Positions 38,336 to 52,089 of a stretch of DNA of 64,000 nt are shown here, in pieces. The notes under the pieces are model-generated. The model had not been told where the DNA came from. It saw nothing but the letters and a program-made list of their open reading frames with translations, and made no database searches. The translations under genes were made by a program, and so were the position numbers. The stretch is taken from positions 7,373,051 through 7,437,050 of the forward strand of contig NC_068986.1 of the NCBI RefSeq assembly GCF_001194135.2, read 5' to 3'. The stretch comes from Octopus bimaculoides (Eukaryota). How positions within the stretch are numbered: position 1 is the first letter of the stretch; the number at the start of each line of letters is the position of its first letter.

Positions 38336-39931
38336 GCTTGAAGGATTATTACGTACTGTGAAAGCTTTCAGTGATGACATCGGAATGGAATTTGGTCTTG
38401 TTAAATATGCTAAGGCTACTTTCCAGAAAAAGAAATCGAAAGCTTCATATTCAGTGGTGGTACAAAAGAGAAGATGAGGAAGGAATGTTACTGAAGAGTT
38501 CGAGCAGTCCTAAAATCCGAGTTAAATGCACGTAACAAGGTGTTAGTTATAAATTCCTTAGCAGCTCCAGTTGTTATTTACAGTTTTAATGTGTTGAACT
38601 GGAATATAAACGAAATAAGGAAGATTGACAGGAAAATCCGCAAGCTATTGACTTGCAATAAGATGCACCACCCAAAGGCAGACGCAAATCGTCTTTACCT
38701 TTTCAGAGCTCAAGGAGGTCGAGGCTGATCCAATTTGAAATTTGTTATAAAACCACCACAGTTATCCCGGCAAAATATCTTGAAACATCTAAAGACTAGA
38801 TGCTAATACCCGTTGAAAATAATGAAAAACAAAGGCAGCTTCATTCTGTGATGAAGGAGAGCTAAAAAATTTGCTAGTGAGTTTATGCATAATACCCAGG
38901 TTGAACAGCATGACGGAAGTGCGGTAACTATAGTTGCATAGAAGGAGAAATCAAAAGCAAAGCAAAGTGCGTTTGAACAATTGACTGATAGGTGGGAAAA
39001 AAACCTCTGCATGACAAATATGCTGCCCGTAGCAAACAAGCTGATGTAGACCAGAACACACCCATCAGTAGCTGCGGAGCTCAGGGCTAAAGGCAGAGAG
39101 TGAAGGCTTTATCTTGGCTGCCCAAGATCAGAGCTTATTGACCCGGAACTATCCAGCCAATGTGATGAAAACTGGAGTAGACCTAAAGTACTGATACTGC
39201 AACGATGGGAGTGAAACTGGACCACCTAAGATTTTAGCACCTGTAAAGTATAAATCAAGACATGATAAAGCTGATCAATATCTACACTGGATAATATGTT
39301 GGCATTATAAAATCAAAACTGCTGACAAATGGTACAAGCACCACCCTGAGGTTTTAACTGAGGGAGAAAATGTAACGATTCTTTGGGACTTTCCAGTATG
39401 ATACAGACCGGACCATCAAAACTAATAAACCAGATATTGTTATGAAAGACCAAAACAATACAGTCTGTTTATTGATTGTCATGAGCGTACCCTGTGGCCA
39501 TAATATCTCGGCAAAAGAATTTGACAAGCTCAGAAAATATAAAGATTTGCTAATCGAAAAGATGTGGCATCTCAAGACGGTTACAATGCTAGTGATTGTA
39601 GGAGAACTTGGAATTATCAAAAAAAGAACTGAAAAATATTTAAGAATGATCCCTGGCTTACCATCCATGCAGGAAGTGCAGAAGATTGTCTTAACTGGTA
39701 CGTCACAAGTACTGAGAAGAGCATTGTCGCTATGAATTTTCTTTCCTTTTTCCCTTTTATTTTCTTTATTTATTTAAAAAATCTTTTTTCCATTTTCTCT
39801 CCATCTTTCTCCCCCTTGTTCTCTATCACATGACTTTTAATTGCCTACCGATGTATACAGTGAGTTTCTCTGCCCTAAGTGTCAGGAAGACACTCCGTAA
39901 GAAATGGAAACAATTGGAAGGAGATGAATAT
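38336..39931 (+). mobile_element. R4/Dong-clade non-LTR retrotransposon, 5'-truncated, with restriction-like endonuclease and 3' UTR
   Basis: FSDDIGMEFGL; MHHPKADANRLY..RAQGGRG; ESEGFILAAQDQSL; RHDK..YLHWIIC; ILWDF; NKPDIV; KEFDKLRKYKDL; QKIVLTGT..LRRALSL* (39735). Confidence 0.92.
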
Positions 39932-39932
39932 G

Positions 39933-39985
<53 letters not shown>
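39932..39985. repeat. (TAA)n at the 3' end of the Dong-like LINE
   Basis: About 17-18 TAA units. Confidence 0.95.
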
Positions 39986-41659
39986 TTATAAAAGATCGAA
40001 AATATTGCGACAGACATTGAACAAAATCTTAATTCTCAGATTTTTATCTCCTTTTTCTTAAATAAAACATTGCCACTCATGAATAACATCCACAGTAAAA
40101 GGAATAACTTGCTGTTACTCTCCGAGTGAGACCCGGATCAGATCGTATAAAACAACAACATCAACAAAGAAAACATGATAATAAGAATAAGTGGAGAATT
40201 TCTATCCTTGGTGCAGTACGACAAATATTAAGAACTGTCAATAAAACGGAGTCTAACAGTTGACCTGACATTATTTTATCGACTTTAAAAACATCTAAAT
40301 AAAATACGGTATTCCTTATTCTCAGTGCAATGTAGGTTACGGAGATAAGATTTAACCAAACGACAGGAGAAACTGTCTAAGATATTCAGTCGTAGCATAG
40401 AAGCAGAGCAAGCTGAAAAGTATCCGGATTTGTCTAGAGAGTCAATTTGTGTCTGGGACATGTGTGTTAAAACTTGCCTTGTTATTATCCGCAAACTGGG
40501 ATTATCAGTGTCTTTGTGGCAGATACAGAGTGATATTGGAATCATCATCCAGAAAGTACATTCAGAAAGCTGTCATTATTTGTTATATCGGAATCCTTCA
40601 TAAGATGCTTGAGATTAACGGAGATTAATGTCTCGAAATCCCGATACGCAAATATGTTTACGTTATAGACGCGTTATTAATAAGAGCTCATCCTTCCGTT
40701 ATAAATCGAGTAACAGTTATATACTAAGGTTCATATACTAATAACGCTCGCAGACATATTTGTAGCCGTGTGTGAATTGATTAGAAATTATCATTTTTCT
40801 CAAATCTCTAAATTTATGATTATCCGATCATTTGTGACTACATATGATAACGAATCTATCTTTGCGTTCGTATGTTATTTCTAATAAAACGAGAGGTTTT
40901 ACATTTCCTTTGAAGTACTGAGGCCAATAAACTGGTTTGTTATTTTTTATTTTTTATTTTCAATAAAAAGACCCGAAGACTCGTATTAAAGGAAATTTAA
41001 GCGTATTACTATTAAATAAATCAACTTACGTCTCACACTCTACTAAGAAGATTATATTTTTCTTTAATTAAAACTTATCAAAAATGAAAACGAAATATAA
41101 TTGAAAAATAATACTTGCGGAGAGATACATCTATACATTTTTAAATGATTAAAGATTGTTAATTGTATTGTTATTTGAATTGTTAATTGCATTGCGACTA
41201 ATATTCAATCAAAGGTTCAATTAAAGTTACCTTAAGATTAATACTGGTATCAAAATCAACAAAAGATTAAACACTTTTTGCCAGTGATTTATCGCAGTAA
41301 AATGTGAAGTGAACGCTAATTAGGGGAAAAGACATCAGCAGAAAATGAAACGCCAAAAGGATATAGTCTAAAGCAACATGTTAGATTTATTACTTGATTC
41401 AGCCGGAAACTATTGGTAAATTTCAAAACACGTGCTTGGTTGTAAGAAAAATGTTGTGAAACCAAATAAGCAATATTTCGAAAAGAACTGAAAATCGCGT
41501 ATTTTTCGATAAACATACTAAATAGAGTGTCATCAGGACATGTTTATATTAAGCAATAACATTGATTATACAACCAATTCTCTTCGTTTTTCTAATTGAA
41601 TGTGTCCATCGATCTATAACGTAAGTTATTTAAATTAAAGATTCTAGGTTATGCAAGTA

Positions 41660-42420
41660 TATACTAGAATGAGAATTGCGGGCGCAGAATCCTAAAATAT
41701 TCTTAGATATTGAACCTGGAAAAGTACAGAACAAGCTAGTAAAAGAATGAAAAATGCATGCACAGTGCACTAGAATATTCTTATGCGCTGAAACTGGAAA
41801 CGTATAGAACAAGAAGAAAACAAATAGAACTTAGAATATTGTTGCTGAAGTTAGAATTTAAGATCTAAAATAGTAATAAATGCCCTTTTGCATTTTTTTA
41901 TTGTTTACATAAAAGTTTAAAATAAAATACTCAAGAAGCTACTTATTTTCAATTTTAGTGAATAGACTAATTTCCCGCAAGTTTACACATTAAAAATTTG
42001 ATATTACGAATTTATATATTTAAAAATATTACAGAATAGCAATTTAAGCAAAACTGATAATATATTGTAAGCCCTATTTTTCTAGAGCTAGAGTCATTTC
42101 TACATTTTGTAACAATTAGCTTTCATTTAAAAAAATATTTTTCTAACTGTAAATAGAAAATACTTCGATATCTGATAATGTAGATTTTAAAGAAATTAAT
42201 TCTTTTGTTTCTTTCAAAAATTGTTTACTATTTTTTTACTTTTTCGAATTACATATATTCTACATGATTTTAATTATATAACACAATGTCTGCGATTAAA
42301 ATTTTTGTATAATGAGTTTTGTTAAGAAAATAAAATTTAAAAAATAATATAATACAACAAATATGACAAAAATATTTTAGCTTAGTAGAAAGAAACTTTT
42401 GAATAAAAACTTGAAAGATT
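41660..42420. repeat. Paralogue of the 27715-31305 element lacking the piggyBac (empty TTAA site at 42020-23)
   Basis: AAGTTTACACATTAAAAATTT.ATATTA..ATTTATATAT-TTAA-AAAT....AATAGCAATTTAAGCAAAA is continuous here and split at 28019/30477 in the other copy. Confidence 0.85.
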
Positions 42421-42668
42421 GGAAAGCTTGTTTGCACAATTCGTAGGAAATCTCTGATCGCGCGTCACGGCGAAAATACTCTAACCGACACTTTAGTGCC
42501 ACTAAATTTAGAGCTATAATAATATATTTGCAATCGGAAATTTATTTATTTCATGAAAGTGCTTAATTCTGGTTCAAGACTGGTGCGATATGACCTTGAC
42601 ATGTAATCATTTCATGGTAATATGGTCTGAGGTCTGTTAACTATCTACCACTGCGTGTTGAAAATATA

Positions 42669-42888
42669 CGAGGTGGTGCTGAAAAGTTCCTGGTTTTGGG
42701 TAAAAGAAAGAAAAAAAAGAGGATAAGTTAATCATGATTTTATTCATTGTATTTCCCTCTCAGATTCATACACTTATTGCAGCGATCGTTCAGTTTTCCC
42801 AAGTCCTGTAAAAGAACTCAAAAGGTTGGATCTTCAGCCAGGCCTTTCGCGACACCCTTAAAGGCAGGGACTTTTAAGCCCCACCTCG
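42669..42888. mobile_element. Mariner-derived MITE (~220 bp) with TA TSD
   Basis: TA-CGAGGTGGTGCTGAAAAGTTCCTG ... CAGGGACTTTTAAGCCCCACCTCG-TA. Confidence 0.88.
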
Positions 42889-45647
42889 TACAATGCATAT
42901 TACGTGTCCCAACTAGAAACGTAAACCTCAAAACTGAATCCGTTCCTCGTATGAAATATTTTATAAAATCGGTTATTTTAGGTTTATGACTGATGGAATA
43001 TCAGTTATATAAATTGTCAGAATGAAACTAGTCGAAATGGACAAGACTGAGTGAGGGCTAACCTAACAGGAGGGTCTTTAGAAAAAATGCTCAGGAAAAC
43101 AGTATTACCTTTACTCATAGTCCACACTGAATGTTCAGTTAGTAACGGTGTTTCAAAATGACTATATTTATTTAGAGAAAAGCAACAAATATAATCTGAA
43201 AGCCAACTTAAAAAAAACGGAATTTGTTTGTGACAAGAAAGGGCTTGGAATTACAGAAGTAATAAAGTGCCACACACACATACACACACACACACATGCA
43301 TACAGACAGAGACAGACACAGACACGCACCCCCCCCCTAATAACTATCAAGATGTTTATCTCAATATTTCCCTTCACCAGTCAGTGACAGATAAACCATT
43401 AATAGTACCTGCATCATAATGTAATAGATTGAACCATTTATATATTTGTTATGTAGATCTATCAGTCTATTGCTAGCTAAAACGTAAATAAATAAAATAA
43501 ATGACATGAAAAAGAATTTTTATTTATTAGAAGTGCTAATTCACAAATTGGTTTGAAATCATGTTTGAGGCCAAATTCGAATAAATTACTTGGCTTTCAT
43601 CCCAGGAAAAGCATTTTAAACTCTAATTGCAACAAACATTTTAAAAACTTTAATTTGCATGTTATTTTGATAAAGTTCAAAGAATATTTTCAAGAAAGCG
43701 AAAATATATTCGTTATATTTGTTAGTAAATATATCAAAATAAAATTAATTGAAAAAATTATTGAAAGAAGTTCTTAGATGCGATTTCTATCGCATTATCA
43801 GATTCTAAAATGTTATCACTGGAATCTGTATTAAAATAAATTTCTATGTTTACTTCTAATATTTAATAAATTGTTAAATTTTATCAACCGGATATAAACA
43901 ACAAATGTGAAAACAATTGAAACAGTTATTTTGTTGAATATTTTAGTATTGAACAGCTACGGAATCGATTGAATGTCTTTCTTCATTAAAGTCTGTCTCA
44001 GGCACAGTCTCTAGATACGAAATTAAGTTTTATAAAACCGCAAATATATCAAAGCAGAGCCTGAACTTTTTATGATATCTCTTGATTACTCACGGTGATT
44101 AGCGGTGTAATTAGCTTGAGACGGAATCTACGCTCGTTCAGAAACTTACGAGTTTGCTTCATGTCGCTAACTACTAAGAGTATTGAGTTTGAACATTATA
44201 ATCGGTGGATTCGACATCACACGACTATAGAAAACTGAGAGAAAACGCCGGCCTTGACAGAATTCTGAAAATAAACACAATGCATTTATTAAATGTGATC
44301 TCTTCGCCTTGATGTCACTACTTCACATTATAACCACTTAAAGAATTATTATTAATAGTTCTTTGATATGACTCCAATTTCTATTGGACTCATTTTTTAA
44401 TTGATTGAATGTATGCACTCTGTTACTGGCCAAAGGAAACGCCGTTCCCAGTGGAGTATGAAATCGAACCTAGACTGACGTAAAATCTAGGATGCTTGGG
44501 TGCTTATAAATATATGTAAGGTACCATAATGTTTCTATCCACTATATTCCTCAACATAGATTTTATAAGTTTAGCACTATCAAATTTATAAAGTTCAACC
44601 GATGTATTCCTTTTGACAAAGTATCTTACGTTTTTTTTGTAAAAGGCATCTTGCAACCTATCCCATGATTCATATCTTGGAGTTCACAATATATGTTTGT
44701 TTTTGATATGACGGCCTCAGATTTATAAACCTCTTAACTCACCAGCTAAATTATAATTTGTGATGTTTATGGCTTTCAAAAATATTTTCAATAGGAAATG
44801 AAGTTCGAATCGAAATCAGATCAATGCCAAAATTTATTTCTGTCTTGTGACGTTCACCTTGTAATATTCGATAATGGATTAATTACTGTATAATATTAGG
44901 TTTATTATCTTAATTATTTTCTTTTAGTGACTTTATCTTTTGCACAGCGGTTATGCTGTTTTTGATATCGTTTTATAAATATAATGTTCATATATTTCTA
45001 ATAACTTCATCAAATATATGATTTATATAAATGTGTAACTTATGAAGGCAAAACTTCCAACAAGGTCTCTTGTTTCATTCATTCACACACACATTAAAAT
45101 GATGCAAATCTCTCTGACGTCCTTTCTATTTATTCTCTTAAAGAAAGTCCCTCAATCAAGAAGCAAATAAGTTGAATTTAAAAAATAAATAAAAGATATA
45201 TAGAATCTAAAAAATAAAATACATTTACATATATACTATCCAAAAGAGATAACGAGTGGATAAAAAAAGAATAACTTGATAATATGATACTAAAGTTTCA
45301 CCTTTTCTTCTGAGATGTATCGTAAAGGTTTTGACGAGAAAGGTTGCACTGTTATTGATGGTTCCTGTTAGTTAAACTGAATTCGCTTGTTACTTAGCCG
45401 TGATTGACACTCACTATATTATTGTCAACGTTTTTCAGTATCACCTTTATACTTGTCAAAGGTCTTCCTACTTCTTCAAATCTAAAGTGGTTTCATAACT
45501 GTCAGAGACTTCTCAACTTTGAGCATTAGACATTACAATCGCCAACAAACCCCGACACACGATCAAATCTTATCCTTTTTTTTTATCTGTTTCTTGTTTT
45601 TCCTTTTAATATAAAACTCGGCCATTCAACCACAACCTTCCATAATA

Positions 45648-45674
45648 ATGACGATAACAACGACAACAACAAAT

Positions 45675-45738
<64 letters not shown>

Positions 45739-45758
45739 GCAGCAGCAGCACCACCACC

Positions 45759-45790
<32 letters not shown>

Positions 45791-45797
45791 CAACAAC
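45648..45797. repeat. Compound trinucleotide array (AAC)n(AGC)n(ACC)n(AAC)n
   Basis: Direct inspection. Confidence 0.95.
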
Positions 45798-47234
45798 AGT
45801 AAAATCATACGCCAAAGAAGAAGACAGCAGTTTGTTCCATAAATTTACTCCTATCGTTAAAAGTAAAATATATGTAGGCTTGATATTAAAATTGAATAGA
45901 TTATACCGTATATGTTATCTTTACTTATTGATTTCAACATCAATCTTGAAATAATGTGAAACTGTTTCATACAATATAATGAGTTTTGGTCCACACATCA
46001 AATCTAATAATTTAAAAGATAATTTGCAAAGAAAATTTCGTTCTTAAATTGAAAGATATCTATTTTTTAAAATTCGTCTCTCAACTAACCAATTCTTTTT
46101 TTTTTTATCATTCGTGTTTACTGCCTATTTAGAGAAATCTGGTTTACACGAAATAAACACGAGCAGATTATTTATTATCCTGTCAGATGTTATAATTTAC
46201 TGAAGATTTTTTGCCCAAAAACAATTGCTTGAAGCCAGAAAACATTTTCTAACGGAATGATTTTTGATATGATATGACGTCATTTGTGGCGGTTATATGT
46301 TTCCTGAGATATTGCAATGTGAATTCCGTGTCTGATAAATTCTCTTGTTTCAAGGCCGTTACCATTGTATTGTAATTTTTTGTGTCATCTTTAGAAAATT
46401 TGTTTTGATGTGAAGTGTTGCGAGCAATATTTTAAATGTATTCTCTATGCAGCTGGGAGATACGAGTACTTCGTGTCTATCACGAAAATATTGTTGCCTT
46501 GCAACACAACAATAGTCGTGTGTATATATGTTGAGGTCTTCAAAATACTGTTCTTTAGTTGTATGCAAATATCTTTGTTTGATTGTCGATGCTATTGTTA
46601 ATGTTTGTGTGTTTATGTGAAGTTCTTAAATATTATTGGCTGGTTGTATCAGGTGGAGATTTTGGAAAACATGCTAGGGATTTTACTATTTGCCTCTTGC
46701 AGAGTCGTTGTTGTTATCGCTTCCTGATATCGTCTCAAATTGTGGAAAATATTTCCCTCTATTGAATATGTATTACCCGACCGGTATTTTAACCACGACA
46801 ATCCTTTCTAATATATATATATGTAGTAGTAAAACTACAGAATGGGAGATATTTAGCACGGATAAATTAGTAAGTAAACAATGTGCCAAATCTTTGTATT
46901 GAATCACAGATTACTTAATAGCAGGCTGTAACGGGCCTGAAGATACTTATATAAACGTGCAAAAACCTTTAAGCAATTTAACATACGCTCTAGGTAACTC
47001 AGTATCCCACCCATAGATGGGGGGATATGAAAAGATAGAAGCACATGTCATGAACTCTCCAACTAAATGACCTTTTTCTTAACTAATCTAGCATGTTCCT
47101 TTTAACAAAGTGCCAATGAAACAAAGCCATTTTCAAGGGTGTGTCTTTTTAAACTAGTTTTATATTTGATTATATCGTAATTTCTGTTCCATTCTAACAA
47201 AAGTGTCTGACAGACGGGAACGTGAAACTCTCTT

Positions 47235-47287
<53 letters not shown>

Positions 47288-47828
47288 NNNNNNNNNNNNN
47301 NNNNNNNNNNNNNNNNNNNNNNNNNNNNNNNNNNNNNNNNNNNNNNNNNNNNNNNNNNNNNNNNNNNNNNNNNNNNNNNNNNNNNNNNNNNNNNNNNNNN
47401 NNNNNNNNNNNNNNNNNNNNNNNNNNNNNNNNNNNNNNNNNNNNNNNNNNNNNNNNNNNNNNNNNNNNNNNNNNNNNNNNNNNNNNNNNNNNNNNNNNNN
47501 NNNNNNNNNNNNNNNNNNNNNNNNNNNNNNNNNNNNNNNNNNNNNNNNNNNNNNNNNNNNNNNNNNNNNNNNNNNNNNNNNNNNNNNNNNNNNNNNNNNN
47601 NNNNNNNNNNNNNNNNNNNNNNNNNNNNNNNNNNNNNNNNNNNNNNNNNNNNNNNNNNNNNNNNNNNNNNNNNNNNNNNNNNNNNNNNNNNNNNNNNNNN
47701 NNNNNNNNNNNNNNNNNNNNNNNNNNNNNNNNNNNNNNNNNNNNNNNNNNNNNNNNNNNNNNNNNNNNNNNNNNNNNNNNNNNNNNNNNNNNNNNNNNNN
47801 NNNNNNNNNNNNNNNNNNNNNNNNNNNN

Positions 47829-47875
<47 letters not shown>

Positions 47876-48996
47876 CATACATACGTACATACATACATAC
47901 GTACATACATACATACACTTGTGTGATATGTGTGTGCCTGCTAAACAGCTGTAAAAAGTATATATTCTTTCATATTGAATTTTATTGAACAACCCCTTCC
48001 AACGAAAATAGTTGTACATTTGATAAGCGGTGTAACATTTTAAAGCAGATATCTTATTTTTTGTCGTTTGTAAGCATTAACGCAATCGTCCACTTCTTTA
48101 AGCGGTATTAAATATAATCTTGTAGTCTCATAGACAAAGGGAAACCCAATTCAACAATGCAGCTAATAATGTCAACGGAGCATAAGAGTAATATTGAGAC
48201 CATATGTAACTATAAAGTTTCTTTGAAGTATATATGTTTAATGCTTCATCCCTACAACTAATTAGCTGCTCATCCGCACTAGTTTCAACGAAATATGAGG
48301 AATTGAGAAAAGATAATTGATTCTGAATATTGACTCTGAATCCAATTTACTTGTGTTTAAAAGGATATAGTCTGGTTTATGAGTAAGAGAAACTTACCTT
48401 AAAATTATAATTAATGTAAAATTAAAAGGCATTCTACAAAATTAGAGAAACGGTTAAGTGAATATTAAACCAAAGGACTTTTTAAATTTATAGTGTTACT
48501 TTCCCATCTGATTTCAAATCCAATCAGGTTATTTTACATCCCCAAAAGTTGTGGGTTGATTATATTAATAAGTTGCATTTACCAAAGTTGGCCGTCTGTT
48601 TGGTGAAAGGGAAATTCTGCATTAGGTATTCCGTCTCCAACTATTTTAACTGAAATACCTTCGGTATCGATCAAATACGAACGATTTGCAAACTAGGATT
48701 TAAAGCATTTCATTGTACGACAAATAACACTTTTGATCTACCATAAATTTATATATTTACTCCTTTTATCTAATATATTTTAAAAATATTCTCAAGATTT
48801 AACTAACAACGATTCATGTCTTATTCCAGATTTGTTTACATGAATTGTTAATATTTAATACTATCCATCCATCCATCCATCCATTCATACTTACATATAT
48901 ACGTACATATATATATTTATATTAATAAGTCATTTAAACAAATCTGGAATATATACGTATGTAGCTCTTTATACATACATACATACATACATATAC

Positions 48997-49051
<55 letters not shown>

Positions 49052-50204
49052 TCATATCCATAAAGACATACCATATTATTGAAAATATTTTCAATAAAAA
49101 TTTAGTTTTATACACACAGCACGTAGATTTAATAGTTGTATTTCTTTATACTTTTAAAAAATTTATTTGATAAAATATACATTAAATATTGAAACACAGG
49201 ACTATTATTGTTTTATAGTGAAAATAATTTTATTGCTAAATACAAGTGAGTAGAAATATAACATTTTTACAAAACTTGGGTTTCGTTTCTCCATAACTTG
49301 GTAAATTGGAAAATATTAGTAAACTTTCCCGATTTAATCATTCAATAAATACCATTTCTCGTCACAATATAGAAACGTATTTTCTTTTTATATCGCATAA
49401 TTTAATAACACACTCATATAAACTACATGCACATACACGCTCACACGCACACACACACACACGCACGCATTCACACACACACACATGTATACATCCATAT
49501 AGAGGCACATGTGTATATATGTGTGTGTGATACGACGATCTAAGACAATGAAGATATTTAACTGTCGGGTAAATCATGGAGATTAAATTACTGAACATTT
49601 TTATGAGAATCTAGCACGCTCAGGAAGCAATTTGATACCAAAAGTAACTGTTGATGTGAACAAAATAAAAAAGAATAACGGAGCCAATACATTCACTCGT
49701 AGACAGTTGAAACGTCGTTTGCACAGCTACAAGCAAGTGTGTATAAATGTAGACATGAAAATAAGTGTCTATGTAGAGAAATATATACAGACATATTTAC
49801 ATACACATAAATACATATCGAATGTCACAAATAATTACATTTTCTATTTATTTTTCTGCTTCGGTGGTTTCAGTGTATTAAAATATTTCCACCATTCAAA
49901 TAGAATTATTTTTTCCTTCCGTAGTAAACTATGTGCTCAATATGTATAGTGTCTTACATATCTAATATATTGAGTTGAAGATATTCAATTAACTGAGCTT
50001 ATTTCAATATATCTCTGTATAGTGGTGCTTTAAATTTTTAAAGACAAGAAGGAAGGAAACTCTAATAATATCAGCTAATACAGCTTAGTGTGGATCTTCA
50101 TTTCAAATACAACTTGTGAGAGTAATGTGCGTGTTCCGATCATGTAAGTTCTCGGCAAAACCTATTCAACGTTGTAGGAAAAAAAAGTTGATCAGTATTT
50201 ATCT

Positions 50205-50619
50205 ATCTAGAGCGGGTAAAATTCCTGAGATCCATGAACGAGTTCTCTCCAGCGGTTTTTGTCCCTCATTACCACTGCCATGTCCTGTGTCTCCTAGAGA
50301 TCAGATTTAGGGCATCAACATGTGACATCCTCGGTCTCCCTCTTCTAGCGAGTCTGTTAAGGGACTCCCACAGAAGCACTGAATGCAGTATCGTCCCTGA
50401 ATGACGGTGAGCATGTCCAGCTAAACTCAGTATCCTGTGTATTATTTTCGAGCTAATTATTGGGAGGCTCTCGTACAGCTCTGAGTTCTTCATCTTCAGT
50501 GTATAGTGCTTAATGTTCAGAGCCATCCTCAGCGTTCTCATGTTCCACCCATCCACCATCTGAGAGAGTTTCTTGGTGAGTGCCCAAGTCTCAGACCCGT
50601 ACAACATCACAAACTCCAC
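50205..50619 (-). mobile_element. RTE-clade LINE 3' fragment
   Basis: LYGSETWALT..LRMALNI..NSELYESLP..LAGHAHRH..VLLWE..RRGRPR, then MRDKNRWR. It abuts a (CT)n tract at its 5' junction. Confidence 0.85.
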
Positions 50620-50620
50620 T

Positions 50621-50692
<72 letters not shown>

Positions 50693-50769
50693 TCAGAAAG
50701 CAACTGTAGGTGGCAGTACCAACAGTTCCCAATCAAAAAAATTTTTTTCTCTCCCTCTCACACACATAC

Positions 50770-50960
50770 TACATACATAAGCTCAAATCCCAAAACATTG
50801 CCAACATCTTATCTTTGTCCATAGTCCGCGAGGTTCTCCCGTACAATACTAACCTCTGTGTTTGTAAATTGTGTTCAAGGGAATCATTCACTCTCCTTCC
50901 GCCACCATAACCCCTCGTTACACAATTGGTTCCCTAATGTAATCTTTTCATGTAAACACG
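50770..50960 (+). mobile_element. PLE GIY-YIG endonuclease C-terminal remnant
   Basis: YIHKLKSQN..SIVREVLPYN..CKLCSRE, then frameshifted LHN..VIFSCKH. Same pattern as the 52930-53313 domain. Confidence 0.55.
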
Positions 50961-51749
50961 AATTTTACTCCTCATTTGCCCATAACATAAAGTCTCTTTA
51001 AAATCTCCTAATTAAGGTTCAGCCCTAATTTACCACTTAGCTATTCTAGCAACATATCCCTTCTCTTTCCCTTCCTATCATTCTTACTCTTTCTCTCTCC
51101 AAATATTCTTTTTGTACCTTTCTCAACACTTCAGCATATCTTCCAATTCTGCTACCTCACCCTCGTTCCTCCAATTCCTTCCTTTTCTCTTCCTGGCTTC
51201 ATCTATAATCAACCCCTATCCCTAATTATTTCAAAATCTGCTCCCGTCTAGTGTCCGTGTAGGTCTCTTTGTATCTCAGAAGCCCTCATATTCCGCTACC
51301 CCACCCCACCCCTACGTCATTCCTTGCCTCTTCTTCTAGCTTACTTTATCCTCAACAACCATTAACTGATTGAACATCTACTTAACGACATACGCGACCA
51401 CCAACTGCACCTGCTTTCACGATGCTGACCTATCTCACCCCTCCTACCTCCGACTCACCACTTCTATTCACTCCCTGATTACTCACCAGCCCGCCTTGTA
51501 TTTCAGGTCTCTTCTTGTTATTCCTCGACTTCTCTATTCCCCTCCCTAAGTCACTGTATCCACCTTTCCTTGCCCTCTCCGCCTCTCCTCCTCTCCTCCT
51601 CTCCTCCTCTCCTCCTCTCCTCCNNNNNNNNNNNNNNNNNNNNNNNNNNNNNNNNNNNNNNNNNNNNNNNNNNNNNNNNNNNNNNNNNNNNNNNNNNNNN
51701 NNNNNNNNNNNNNNNNNNNNNNNNNNNNNNNNNNNNNNNNNNNNNNNNN

Positions 51750-51795
51750 AAAGCGCTCTTAACCCCAAAATTCCGAGTTCGATTCCAGGCAGTGA

Positions 51796-51857
<62 letters not shown>

Positions 51858-52038
51858 TCGAAAATACCTTAGGAATGAATACCCAGGTTCGAAATTTCCC
51901 CAAGACACCTGATGAAGGCTGGAGGGTATATCAGCCGAAACGTTATGTCAACAACAAACACGATGGGGGACAAATATAAGTCAAATGTAAATGATGTAAA
52001 CAATGTACATAATTCCTCATCTCTCAAATATAGAACTG
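51750..52038 (+). mobile_element. Short non-coding element: tRNA-like B-box head + (AAT)n + hammerhead-bearing body
   Basis: GAGTTCGATTCC at 51775-86; (AAT)n at 51800-55; HHR at 51904-49. The 5' end is hidden by a gap. Confidence 0.6.
51904..51949 (+). ncRNA. Minimal type-I hammerhead ribozyme
   Basis: GACAC-CTGATGA-A-GGCTG-gagggtatat-CAGCC-GAAA-CGT-T-ATGTC. Stem II 5 bp perfect; ACGT palindrome as stem III; stem I 4/5; predicted cleavage after 51944. Confidence 0.72.
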
Positions 52039-52052
52039 TACGAATATTATTG

Positions 52053-52089
52053 ACAGTGACTTCAGCCAGCTAAGCTATCGTCGGACTGT
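52053..52089 (-). ncRNA. Degenerate hammerhead motif
   Basis: Minus strand: ACAGT-CCGACGA-T-AGCT-tagct-GGCT-GAA-GTC-ACTGT. Stem I is perfect (5 bp); core U4>C and a 2-nt loss from GAAACGTC. Confidence 0.5.

Noticed and set aside
41495-41530. Minus-strand CTGATGA...GAAA spacing; a similar case at about 14290-14312
   Set aside because: No convincing stem II or stem I; expected by chance in AT-rich DNA.
45648-45842. PolyQ-polyH-polyQ reading (transcription-factor-like)
   Set aside because: That frame has TAA stops immediately before and after; it is a compound microsatellite.
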